Positions 9,113 to 17,371 are shown, numbered from the stretch's first letter. The stretch is DNA of 20,000 bases from an uncultured virus (IMG/VR IMGVR_UViG_3300025470_000023) (IMGVR_UViG_3300025470_000023), one strand, 5' to 3'. Made by a program: numbers and translations. Notes: generated by a model from the letters alone, not told the origin.

Positions 9113-9124
9113 CACCGACGAAAC

Positions 9125-10075
9125 TTAGTCGTCGTCTCCCCACTCAGCCAGAATGGAGGTCAGGTCTTGTTCACCCGCTTTCGGTGCAGGTGCAGAGGAC
9201 TTCTTTTCTTTCACGACAGGTTCAGACACAACCTCAGCTTCTTCTACAGGAGCCGGAGTCGGAGGAGCGATAGCCGCCGGAGCGGGGCGCGGAGGCATGG
9301 TAGGTGCCGCAGTCTTACGTGCGTCCATTGCTGCCGGAGTATAGCTGATGGCGTTTAGTGCATCTTCACCCTGCCCCTTTTCGATGATGATCGCGTACTG
9401 TTCATCGGACAGGTAGTCCACAGGACGGAAGAGCAGTTTAGGCGTAGCCGATGAAGTATCGAAACGCATCTCAGTGATGACGTTACGAATACCCGCACCA
9501 TGACCGTAGAGGAACTTGAGGTACGCACGGAACGGCATCATGCCATTGACGGGATCACCGAACACGGACTGCGAAGGCAGGACGAGCTGATACACATCAG
9601 AGTTTTCAAGGTTAGCCGTAAGAGCTTCAGGGTCCTGACTATTGTTAGCCAATACAACTGCGAGACGCTGACTGAAGCGGCAGGCACGGGAGGTGCCTTG
9701 ACCTGATCCCTTGGCATTCATTGGGCAGTTAGCACAGGAAGCAGACTGTGGGCTGGCCGCGCGAGCATCGGGCTTTGTACCATCGTTGGAGAAACAGGTC
9801 GGCTGTGTGACTTCACCTTCCTTGTAGACACCATCGTAGTAGGTCCGGCTCACCTTCTCAGCGGCGTTGACGATCACGATATCCATAGAGCGATCGTCGC
9901 TCTTGGTGACTTCCTGCCCATCGACAATCATACGGAAGACGTTGCCACGGATGGAGATACGCTTGTTGCCTGACCCTGACGAGCCGATCATGCGCTTGGT
10001 CAGGTCATCCGTATTGTTACGGACATGGTTAGGTACAACAGCTTTTTGATTACGGAAAATGGTCAAATCAGCCAT
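9125..10075 (-). CDS. Putative single-stranded DNA-binding/annealing protein
   Basis: RISIRGNVF N-terminus, Cys cluster (PTCFS, CANCP, RACRF), Pro/Ala linker and acidic aromatic tail (ILAEWGDDD). It lies between helicase and primase. GAGGA is 7 nt upstream of ATG 10075. Confidence 0.65.
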   Translation of the reverse strand: MADLTIFRNQKAVVPNHVRNNTDDLTKRMIGSSGSGNKRISIRGNVFRMIVDGQEVTKSDDRSMDIVIVNAAEKVSRTYYDGVYKEGEVTQPTCFSNDGTKPDARAASPQSASCANCPMNAKGSGQGTSRACRFSQRLAVVLANNSQDPEALTANLENSDVYQLVLPSQSVFGDPVNGMMPFRAYLKFLYGHGAGIRNVITEMRFDTSSATPKLLFRPVDYLSDEQYAIIIEKGQGEDALNAISYTPAAMDARKTAAPTMPPRPAPAAIAPPTPAPVEEAEVVSEPVVKEKKSSAPAPKAGEQDLTSILAEWGDDD

Positions 10076-10077
10076 GT

Positions 10078-10323
10078 TCAAATCCTCGTTAATGTATTTG
10101 ATTGTTCTGCAAGAGCGAGCACATCCGCTCGCTTGAAGCGCACTTGTTGGTTAAAGCCCACTCGGTAGGCTGTCAAAATCCCCCGCTTTCGCCAGTTGTG
10201 GAGGGTTGCTCGGGACACCCCAAGCTCCGCCATAACCTCAGCGGTGGTCATCACATTTTCCTCCGTAGGGGGAGGATCATAAGGCTCGAAAAATTCATCG
10301 TCAATCTCATCAAAATCATCCAT
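10078..10323 (-). CDS. Excisionase-like/MerR-type HTH DNA-binding protein
   Basis: MTTAEVMAELGVSRATLHNWRKRGIL...VRFKRADV. The start is either ATG 10323 (TGATG coupling) or ATG 10251 (GGAGG upstream). Confidence 0.8.
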   Translation of the reverse strand: MDDFDEIDDEFFEPYDPPPTEENVMTTAEVMAELGVSRATLHNWRKRGILTAYRVGFNQQVRFKRADVLALAEQSNTLTRI

Positions 10324-10715
10324 CACTTTTTCCTCACGCTAATGACGTACTCGCTGTCACTCGACAGCCCCATAGGCACCATCTCCGGGTTCTCCTCCAA
10401 CAAGTTCTTCATATTGGTCTGATGGATGCGTTGTTCCAGAAGGTGGTACGCATCGTGCTCCTTGATAAACTGGTACATGGACTCCCAATCGGTGGTCTTG
10501 TACCTGACGCTCAGCTTGCGCGTTGCTGTACCGTGGGCTGTCTTGACACTGTCTGCGCCCATCTCCTTGCAGATTTCGAGGAGCATATCGCTCACCTTGG
10601 TCTGCTTCTCCTTGAGCACGGCGTCTGCCGCTTCAAAGTCCTGCGACAGTTTCTGTCGCGCTGAGCGCAACTTGATGTATGCGCTGATCAGCTTGTCTGC
10701 TGTTACTTCACTCAT
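10323..10715 (-). CDS. Phage protein of the replication module (coiled-coil N-terminus), function unknown
   Basis: 130 aa; AGGAG RBS; DSVKTAHGT and TTDWESMYQFIKEH...LLEQRI segments. Confidence 0.75.
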   Translation of the reverse strand: MSEVTADKLISAYIKLRSARQKLSQDFEAADAVLKEKQTKVSDMLLEICKEMGADSVKTAHGTATRKLSVRYKTTDWESMYQFIKEHDAYHLLEQRIHQTNMKNLLEENPEMVPMGLSSDSEYVISVRKK

Positions 10716-10757
10716 CGTCCACTCCTAAATCAACCGCTACACTAACGGCGTATGGTC

Positions 10758-10785
10758 ATTTTACACACTTATATTACCCTGTCAA
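10758..10785 (-). promoter_or_regulatory. Sigma70-type promoter overlapping the helicase 3' end
   Basis: TTGACA (10785-10780), 16-nt spacer, TAAAAT (10763-10758); 42 nt upstream of ATG 10715. Confidence 0.7.
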
Positions 10786-13269
10786 CTCCTGTTGATACAT
10801 ATCTAACAAAGTTTCTTGCGCCAGAGTCCTTTCCTCCAAAGCTTTGTAGAGCTGGCGCTCCACGGCTGAGCTAACCAACTTCACCACAAGGCACGGGTTT
10901 CTCTGCCCCGCTCTATGCACTCGGGCGTTCGCTTGTAGCCAGATTTCTGCGGAGGTCACAGGACCGAACCAGATGATCGTATTGGCCGCTGTCAAAGTGA
11001 CACCATGCGCGGCTGACTGAGGCTGAATGATTAGAACGTGCGGGTTGGGCGTAGTCTGGAAGTCATTGAAAATCTCTGCCCTGCGTTTGGCTGACACCCC
11101 GCCGTGTATGGTGGCCGTAGTGATGCCCTGCTTCTCAAGGTACGTCTGTACCATGTCGATTGAATGTCTGAAGTTGCAGAAGATCAGAACCTTGTGGCTA
11201 CTCTCCTGTACGACCTCAAGCATCTCCTCTAACTTATTCTTACAGTCGAACTCGACAACCTCGCCGCTATCCGAATACACCGACCCACAGTTGTGGACGA
11301 TGACGGGACCTTCTTTCCCCGCTACAACAAACCTAGACCGGGGTCCGCAGTTAAGTAGGTCGTAAGTTGCTTCCCTTTGTTTGGGGACGCTTTCAGTGCC
11401 AAATCTATAGGCCAACCCGCCTTCAGGCGTCTTCTCAAGGTGACAGACTTGAGTCCGTATTCCTCTGCTGCTTGTGCTACAGTCATTTTTCCATTCGGTG
11501 TGTCTATAAGAATGTTCACCCTCGTGTTGCGCCCCTGATCCTTGGGTGTAGCCCACCGGCAATTCTCCGGTGAATACGGGCCGTTGTTGTCTATCCTGTC
11601 TAGCGTAAGCCCGTCCTTGTGCATAGGCCCCATATCCGACCAGAACATCTCGAATGAAGACCGCCAGCGTTCGCACACCACAATTCCACGTTCTCCGTAA
11701 TTTTTGTAGTCCTTGTCTAAAGGATCGTGACAACGCGCTACCATGCTGTGATAGTTTGAATACACTGGCTTTTTGCTCATTTTGTGTTTCTCGTTGCCGT
11801 GGTGGCATCCGCAACTTCTTGGGTGCTTCCTGTGCTTTGCTCTTAGATACTGACTCCTGCGAATTACGCGCCGCCCACAATCGCACAGGCAAAGCCACGT
11901 CGCGCATTGCACCGAAATTCCGCTCGTCGTTCCAGCTCTCTCTATAACTGTCAGGTACCCGAACTTCTGTCCTATTAAATCTTTTGCTGGATTTGCCATA
12001 AATAATATCCTCCGCTGTCTGCCATCCTGCGGTGGTGAGAACCCTATGGTCCGAAGTCATACGTACACCGTAGCACTCGCGCACTTCTTTAAGCCCACGA
12101 CATGCCAGCCCATCATGTGCTACCCATTCTTCACCATCCCACACTCTATGCGCTGTGGTTACTTCTTGAATCGGTACCCACCCAACGTCTGTAAGTACAG
12201 GTGTATTATACGCAATACAAGATATTTGTAACAGTTTGTTCATACCCACTGCCGCATTGAACGCTGTGATATCTGCACTGGCAACTTGGATCAGCATCTC
12301 TTTCTTGAGGAGCTTGTAGTATTTCTCCTGTTGCGCTGTGAGGGGCGTGTCACGCTCAGAGTAAAGAAGCTCTGGTAGATCGAGGCACTCATCCTTGGTG
12401 AACCTGATGGCAGGCTGAAGCACCTCATGGACTACCTGCTGTGCCTCGGGTTTGGGGATGTATTTGAACGCGCTGATCTTCAGCATGACTCGATCGCGGA
12501 ACAACCCTACGAACTGCGGAACACTCGTGGGATTCATCATCTTGGCGAGGCCGTAGGCATCGAGTGGGCTCTGTGCCGCAGGTGTGCCCGTCAGCATCCA
12601 CACCCATGTGTCCGGTCCGATCAGGCTATTGATCATCTTCCAACGCTTGGTCGTTGCTGTCTTGATGTAGTTGGCCTCATCCAGAACAATAAGGTCGAAC
12701 CCACCCAGAGCCAGCTCGCTACGCACGGACTCCACACCATCGTAGTTGATAATGACGAACTCGGCATTGGAGTCGATCACCTTGGCTCGCTTGGCTTTCG
12801 ATCCGTGGGCAATGTCTACCCTACGCTTCATGACCGTCCTGAATAGATCTGCTCTCCATGCTGAGTCCATGATAGACAGAGGGCAAATGACGAGTACCCT
12901 GCGAATGAACCCGAGCTTCATGAGATAGTCAGCCGCCCAGATAACGGACACGGTTTTGCCTAGCCCCTGCTCGTTCCAGCAAAATGCTCTACGGTTGAGG
13001 GTCAGAAAGGCGGCGGTTTCCTTCTGGTGATCGAAGGGCGTGTATCTCCCCGGCCAATCGTATTGACGCACGATAGGAGCCGGTGCTTTCTTGAAGCCCA
13101 GATTGCGAAGGATCTTTGTGTTAGGCAGGTTCCATTTGACTGCCACCTCGTAGCCGTTGCCATTGGGTAGCGAAACTTCCTTCACTACCGCAGACTTCGG
13201 AATCACTTCGGTGATCTTCTCTGGATTGCGGGTGCGCACGATGAGTGCGCGGTCCTCTACGATTTCCAT
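10774..13269 (-). CDS. SNF2-like superfamily 2 helicase precursor containing an intein (831 aa precursor, ~521 aa spliced)
   Basis: Motifs EQGLGKT, IINYDG, LDEA, MLTGTP, HGVTLTAA and QANARVHRAGQ. GAGGT lies upstream of ATG 13269. Confidence 0.92.
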   Translation of the reverse strand: MEIVEDRALIVRTRNPEKITEVIPKSAVVKEVSLPNGNGYEVAVKWNLPNTKILRNLGFKKAPAPIVRQYDWPGRYTPFDHQKETAAFLTLNRRAFCWNEQGLGKTVSVIWAADYLMKLGFIRRVLVICPLSIMDSAWRADLFRTVMKRRVDIAHGSKAKRAKVIDSNAEFVIINYDGVESVRSELALGGFDLIVLDEANYIKTATTKRWKMINSLIGPDTWVWMLTGTPAAQSPLDAYGLAKMMNPTSVPQFVGLFRDRVMLKISAFKYIPKPEAQQVVHEVLQPAIRFTKDECLDLPELLYSERDTPLTAQQEKYYKLLKKEMLIQVASADITAFNAAVGMNKLLQISCIAYNTPVLTDVGWVPIQEVTTAHRVWDGEEWVAHDGLACRGLKEVRECYGVRMTSDHRVLTTAGWQTAEDIIYGKSSKRFNRTEVRVPDSYRESWNDERNFGAMRDVALPVRLWAARNSQESVSKSKAQEAPKKLRMPPRQRETQNEQKASVFKLSQHGSALSRSFRQGLQKLRRTWNCGVRTLAVFIRDVLVGYGAYAQGRAYARQDRQQRPVFTGELPVGYTQGSGAQHEGEHSYRHTEWKNDCSTSSRGIRTQVCHLEKTPEGGLAYRFGTESVPKQREATYDLLNCGPRSRFVVAGKEGPVIVHNCGSVYSDSGEVVEFDCKNKLEEMLEVVQESSHKVLIFCNFRHSIDMVQTYLEKQGITTATIHGGVSAKRRAEIFNDFQTTPNPHVLIIQPQSAAHGVTLTAANTIIWFGPVTSAEIWLQANARVHRAGQRNPCLVVKLVSSAVERQLYKALEERTLAQETLLDMYQQELTG
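11290..12219 (-). mobile_element. Intein (310 aa) in the helicase
   Basis: Block A CIAYNTPVLTDVGWVPIQEV (Cys codon 12219-12217), block B MTSDHRVLT, block F TYDLLNCGPRSRFVV and block G VIVHN followed by +1 Cys. The ligated exteins read KLLQIS/CGSVYSDSGE. Confidence 0.92.
11322..11999 (-). CDS. HNH-family homing endonuclease encoded in the +1 frame inside the intein
   Basis: 225 aa: DLIGQKFGYLTVIERA...WLCLCDCG...SCGC, YKNYGERGIVVCERW, LTLDRIDNNGPYSPENCRWATPKDQGRN, and a C-terminal HTH-like segment. GGAGG (12013-12009) lies 9 nt before the ATG. Confidence 0.9.
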   Translation of the reverse strand: MANPAKDLIGQKFGYLTVIERAGTTSGISVQCATWLCLCDCGRRVIRRSQYLRAKHRKHPRSCGCHHGNEKHKMSKKPVYSNYHSMVARCHDPLDKDYKNYGERGIVVCERWRSSFEMFWSDMGPMHKDGLTLDRIDNNGPYSPENCRWATPKDQGRNTRVNILIDTPNGKMTVAQAAEEYGLKSVTLRRRLKAGWPIDLALKASPNKGKQLTTYLTADPGLGLL

Positions 13270-13321
13270 GTGTACCTCTGATAGCAACCACGTTAAGGCC
13301 GTGGCAGGAGCCTATCCAACA

Positions 13322-13546
13322 TTAAAGCAGGTCGTAGTCTTCGCCGTCAAAGACCTCGAACAGAGTTGGTTTGTTAGGGTTTTTGTTGAAGTACCATGCC
13401 TTCAACTTGGTCAGGTTGAACTTGCGCTCACGCGCGGCAATCTTGAAGGTAAACTGCACCATCGCGTCTACATGACGTTCGATCAGCTCCTCGGGAAAGC
13501 CGGACTCTCGCGCAATATCCTTAACTGCTCTAGTCGCTACTCTCAT
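13322..13546 (-). CDS. Hypothetical protein (74 aa)
   Basis: ATGA overlap with the upstream gene; fits the operon packing. Confidence 0.65.
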   Translation of the reverse strand: MRVATRAVKDIARESGFPEELIERHVDAMVQFTFKIAARERKFNLTKLKAWYFNKNPNKPTLFEVFDGEDYDLL

Positions 13547-13824
13547 TTTTTCTCTGGCTTATCGTACGTACCCTTCATAGAGCCATCACTATTCCGTTTG
13601 AAACTACGATTGGCACTGGGAGATTCTAGGAAGTACCCCGTCTTGTTGGAACCGCCCTTGGATAGCGCCTTCCTATGGGCAATGTCCTTGCCCTTACGAT
13701 CTACACCATCCTTGTCTAGCTTACGCCGAGCGCGTTGGCGCTCTAGCTTAGCTTCAAGTACACCGCCTTTTTTCTTCTGGCGAGCTTTTTCGGTTACCCA
13801 TTCCTGCTTATAGTTCCGTGGCAT
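13543..13824 (-). CDS. Small basic HNH-like protein (T7 gp7.7-like motif)
   Basis: RQRARR...GKDIAHRKALSKGGSN...SANRS resembles DVDHxxPLSKGGSN...NRS small phage HNH proteins. Confidence 0.65.
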   Translation of the reverse strand: MPRNYKQEWVTEKARQKKKGGVLEAKLERQRARRKLDKDGVDRKGKDIAHRKALSKGGSNKTGYFLESPSANRSFKRNSDGSMKGTYDKPEKK

Positions 13825-13825
13825 T

Positions 13826-14494
13826 TTAGTCTCCTTGATGAGGGCAACTCGTTACGTTGCACCACTTTCGGCAAAGACCGTTCGGGCGAGGGTTCCACAC
13901 ATCAGTCTGATAGGCATTTTCCAGAGCGGATAACAGCCCATGCAATTCAGAGAAGATGCTCAACCCATACTCTGCCGAGAAGTCTTGCTTCCTGTGATCT
14001 TTCTTTACTACAAAGAGTAGCATGGTTTTGATCTTTTCTATCTCTGGGTATTTGAGAAACAGGGCAGCGGCCATGAGAGCAAGCTGGCGAGTGTCGGCGT
14101 ATCGGCTTTCTCCTGTCTTGTAATCCAGTACCCATGCCCGATTGCCATCGACAATAACCAAATCTGCAATACCTCGAAACCAAACTTCAGGGTCGTAGTA
14201 ATCGCACGTTTCCAACCGCCCATCGACTTTCTTCACTCCCAATTTCATTTCACAGAACTTCTCGCCCGGATAGGCAACGAGCTTATCGAGGTAATCTTGT
14301 ATAAAGCTGAACCTCTGTGGAATGGGAGTGCCGTCTCGAATGTATTCCTCTGCCGCCTTATGCAGTTGCTCGCCGTAGATAGCCTTCTCTCCTTGCGTGA
14401 AGGGAACTTCCTTGGTGACCTTCTCCGCCTGATACTTGCGAGGGCAAGTCTCAAACGTCTTCAGTGCGCTGTACGACCATGCGGGTTGTTTCAT
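13826..14494 (-). CDS. Cas4-like PD-(D/E)XK exonuclease
   Basis: WSYSALKTFETCPRKY, GEQLH, RGIADL, VLDYKTG, QLALMA, and C-terminal CRKWC...CPH (1+3 Cys pattern). Confidence 0.88.
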   Translation of the reverse strand: MKQPAWSYSALKTFETCPRKYQAEKVTKEVPFTQGEKAIYGEQLHKAAEEYIRDGTPIPQRFSFIQDYLDKLVAYPGEKFCEMKLGVKKVDGRLETCDYYDPEVWFRGIADLVIVDGNRAWVLDYKTGESRYADTRQLALMAAALFLKYPEIEKIKTMLLFVVKKDHRKQDFSAEYGLSIFSELHGLLSALENAYQTDVWNPRPNGLCRKWCNVTSCPHQGD

Positions 14495-16323
14495 GCTTCC
14501 AGTTTCTTCATCTTGAATGACAGGTCTCTACCGTATCCACCCTCGGCATCTAGGGGTAGGCCCTCGGCCCACTTGGGAGGAACGCGAAGCTCGGTGATGA
14601 TAAACCGTCTGGCCTCATCAGCCTCGTCCTCGGGCACTACGCAATAGACCGCATCGTGAATGGTAAGTGCCGCCGGGTACTTCTTGTTGATCCGTACCAT
14701 CGCTTCACCCATTACGCATCTAGCCAACGCTTGAATTGTATTCTGATAGCACTTCGGCCCGTGAATACGTTCAAGTTTCTTGCGTACTTTGTAGCGCCAC
14801 TCGGTGCGCCCGTTCTCTTCCACTTGGTGTAAATCTGGATAGCGTAAGGACAACCCAGACGGCAGTATTATACCATGCTGGCCCATCACTTCGAGGGGTA
14901 GCACCTCACCAAACTGGAAGATGTAGTGATCGCGTATGTGCTGTAGAACCTTCTCGCCTTCATACCACGATTCTTTTACCTTGGTGTACTCGGTACGGTA
15001 GCGGTTAACCAGAGTTTGTGCGAGGTCTTCTCCAATGTCTTTCCCTGACAGTACCTTGATGGCATTCCTGAGCTTCTTATGTCCGGTGCCATAGATCAGT
15101 GAGAGCTGTGATTGCTTGCCGATGAAGCGTTGATCGTCGTCCACTTCCTCGTAGGCTACGCCGAAAATCGGCGCAATGAAGTCTCGATAGAGGTCGCGTC
15201 CTTCGGCAAGTAACTGCACCTTGTCCATCTGCCCGGCAAAGTAGAGACCCACACGGAGCTCGATGTTCGACAAGTCAGCACCCACGATGACGTATCCGTC
15301 AGGCGCAACGATCGCCTTCTTCAGCGTGGACCCACGCGGTACGTTCTGTAGGTTAATTTTATCCGTAGCTGACCATCGGCCCGTCATGGCTCCATAGTAT
15401 TTCAGCGGTACGGGCAGTGCTCCACCGATCTTCGCCATTTCAATGAACCGTTCGGTGCGCGTCTCCTCAAGCGTAGACTTAACACCCACACGCGCGGCGG
15501 CGAGTGTCTGAATACGGAGGTCTTCGTGCTCCAACAGGGCCTTCATTCCTTCGTCAGTCTTGGCGAACGCATAGGCTTGCTTGCCTGTGCGGAGAGACGT
15601 TTTCATGGGAGGCTCGATCCCTATGTCTCGCAGAAGATCAGCGAACTTATCATTGGACATGAAGTAGGCTTGCGCTACTCCGGCATCTGCGAGTAGCTGT
15701 ACTTTCTTCGCCTTCACCGCGTAAAGGTGTTCTTCTAGGATAGGCAGGTCTAGCTGTAGCTTAGGCTCAGAGTGCATTCGACAGGTCATATCAATCAGCT
15801 TGATCTCTGTCTTATCGAACTTGGGAGCCATCTTCTTGAATAGCGCATAGGTCAGGTCTACGTCATTACGACAGTAGGCCATATAGGCAGTCATCTCATC
15901 AGGTGCGAAGTCCTTCCGCTTCTTACCCTTGGCATCGAGAACTTCCTTACCCTTGATCCCCACGCCGTAATAGCGGGTCATCATATCGAGACTGCCCCCT
16001 ACTTCCGTGCCATGCAAAGCGCGACCCATAGACAGGGTATCCAGAATCATCTTGGGCTTATGCCCGAAATGCCACGTAAGAATAGAGGCATCGAACATGG
16101 AGTTATGAGCGAGCATTGCTGAGTTCGCCCAATCGAATTGATCTAGGAAGTTGGCAGTCCCCTGCTTCGTCCCTGTGTAGTGCTTGGTCGGCTCATCGTT
16201 CTTCTTGACCGCTACGCCGATCACTTCAAACTGCGGGTCATCTAGGTACTGCTGAGTGGTCAGCTTTGTCAGGCTGTACTCTTGCGAATAGAACGACTCA
16301 AAGTCGATCGTTAAAATATCCAT
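14491..16323 (-). CDS. Family A DNA polymerase with 3'-5' exonuclease domain
   Basis: ExoI IDFES, ExoII AHNSMFD, ExoIII YCRNDV, TGRWS, NLQN, motif A ADLSNIELR, motif B RFIGKQSQLSLIYG and motif C IHDA. Start is ATG 16323 or 16338. Confidence 0.93.
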   Translation of the reverse strand: MDILTIDFESFYSQEYSLTKLTTQQYLDDPQFEVIGVAVKKNDEPTKHYTGTKQGTANFLDQFDWANSAMLAHNSMFDASILTWHFGHKPKMILDTLSMGRALHGTEVGGSLDMMTRYYGVGIKGKEVLDAKGKKRKDFAPDEMTAYMAYCRNDVDLTYALFKKMAPKFDKTEIKLIDMTCRMHSEPKLQLDLPILEEHLYAVKAKKVQLLADAGVAQAYFMSNDKFADLLRDIGIEPPMKTSLRTGKQAYAFAKTDEGMKALLEHEDLRIQTLAAARVGVKSTLEETRTERFIEMAKIGGALPVPLKYYGAMTGRWSATDKINLQNVPRGSTLKKAIVAPDGYVIVGADLSNIELRVGLYFAGQMDKVQLLAEGRDLYRDFIAPIFGVAYEEVDDDQRFIGKQSQLSLIYGTGHKKLRNAIKVLSGKDIGEDLAQTLVNRYRTEYTKVKESWYEGEKVLQHIRDHYIFQFGEVLPLEVMGQHGIILPSGLSLRYPDLHQVEENGRTEWRYKVRKKLERIHGPKCYQNTIQALARCVMGEAMVRINKKYPAALTIHDAVYCVVPEDEADEARRFIITELRVPPKWAEGLPLDAEGGYGRDLSFKMKKLEA

Positions 16324-16619
16324 TCTTGTCTGCTCCATTGGTCGAGCATTGTTTTTAATTCGTCCACATTCACTTCGTTAACGACGATAGCGAAGCCACC
16401 ACAGCTTTTTATCTGGGCGATCTCCCTGTCCTGTAGTGCTGTGGTTTTCCCCTTTCCGGCCTTTGCCTCGATCGCAAAGAACCGACCACTCAGACAGCCA
16501 ACGAAATCTGGAATCCCAGCTCTGCCATAGCCATTGGCGGGTGGCATGAAGAAATAGCAACCGGGAACAGACTCGAGGACCTTCTTTATCTTGGCTTTTA
16601 TTTTTCCCTCTGGCGTCAT
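16311..16619 (-). CDS. VRR-NUC domain nuclease
   Basis: MTPEGKIK...GIPDFVGC...FFAIEAKA...TALQDREIAQIKSCGG. Confidence 0.88.
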   Translation of the reverse strand: MTPEGKIKAKIKKVLESVPGCYFFMPPANGYGRAGIPDFVGCLSGRFFAIEAKAGKGKTTALQDREIAQIKSCGGFAIVVNEVNVDELKTMLDQWSRQEWIF

Positions 16620-16847
16620 TCATTCGTCCACCGATAGAGTTGGGAGCACTTCTTCGTTCCCATAAATAAACGTGGTCGGTTCGTTCGGGCTGATGATGTT
16701 CGTCGTGTTGCCCACGCGGATCACTTGCGTGACCCCTGCGTTCTCCCCCAATCGAATTACGTTGTACCCCTCCGTGGTTGGCACGACGTACTCAAGGCCC
16801 TGACCGGGAGTGACGATCATTGCACCTGCTAGAAGTAGTCCGTTCAT
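16620..16847 (-). CDS. Hypothetical protein (75 aa)
   Basis: Tightly packed ORF with a 4-nt overlap to the upstream gene; hydrophobic N-terminus. Confidence 0.6.
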   Translation of the reverse strand: MNGLLLAGAMIVTPGQGLEYVVPTTEGYNVIRLGENAGVTQVIRVGNTTNIISPNEPTTFIYGNEEVLPTLSVDE

Positions 16848-17044
16848 AAGTCAACGCCTCGTCGTATTTCACATTCATCGCCAGACCGTGGCGAGTCGGT
16901 ATAAACAACCCAATTATTACGATCTTCACTTGCCTTGTCTAGCTCGATCTGCAGAAACCTAGCACACGTTTCTTTTACTCTGCAGTTGGTTCCTCGGCAT
17001 CGAGCCACATCATAGGGTAGGGATCTGAATTTATAAGTAGCCAT
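16844..17044 (-). CDS. Small Cys-containing hypothetical protein
   Basis: DVARCRGTNCRVKETCARF; ATG 17044 preferred over the TTG track start. Confidence 0.6.
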   Translation of the reverse strand: MATYKFRSLPYDVARCRGTNCRVKETCARFLQIELDKASEDRNNWVVYTDSPRSGDECEIRRGVDL

Positions 17045-17070
17045 AGAGAGTTTGCACCAGAGCAAAAAGA

Positions 17071-17238
17071 CTAATTATCCACAGAACGCTCATGTTCTAC
17101 CTCCACAGGTTTTCTACAACACATACATTCTCGACCTTCCTCGGGCTCCCACTTCTTGTGTGTGCCAATCTGATGCTTGCACTCGGTATCCCAGATCAAT
17201 TCAGCAACCTTCGTCCACTTGCAGGTTTCTTCCAACAT
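17071..17238 (-). CDS. Small Zn-ribbon-like hypothetical protein
   Basis: CKWT...WDTEC...CMCCRKPV; GAGGA upstream of ATG 17238. Confidence 0.6.
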   Translation of the reverse strand: MLEETCKWTKVAELIWDTECKHQIGTHKKWEPEEGRECMCCRKPVEVEHERSVDN

Positions 17239-17371
17239 CGTCGTCCTCTTTAGCAACAAGGTACACCCGCATAGTCTCCGGGCACACATAAAAAGTCATA
17301 CCCCTATAGTGATCCACAGGGTGCTGTCTACCGCAGATCTTGCACTTGGTCGTTTCGGTTTCAGCTTTCAC
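17201..17371 (-). CDS. Small hypothetical protein (CKICG motif)
   Basis: GTG 17371 overlaps the upstream TAG; GGAGG RBS; overlaps the next gene by 38 nt. Confidence 0.5.
   Translation of the reverse strand: MKAETETTKCKICGRQHPVDHYRGMTFYVCPETMRVYLVAKEDDDVGRNLQVDEGC

Noticed and set aside
9066..9143. N-terminal extension of the primase in the ORF track
   Set aside because: It overlaps the upstream gene end and terminator hairpin; ATG 9065 is more plausible.
13157..13813. 218-aa plus-strand ORF
   Set aside because: Antisense to three packed genes, TTG start, no motifs.
13826..14494. Cas4-like gene as evidence of CRISPR
   Set aside because: No repeat-spacer array or other cas genes seen; solo Cas4-like nucleases are common in phage replication modules.
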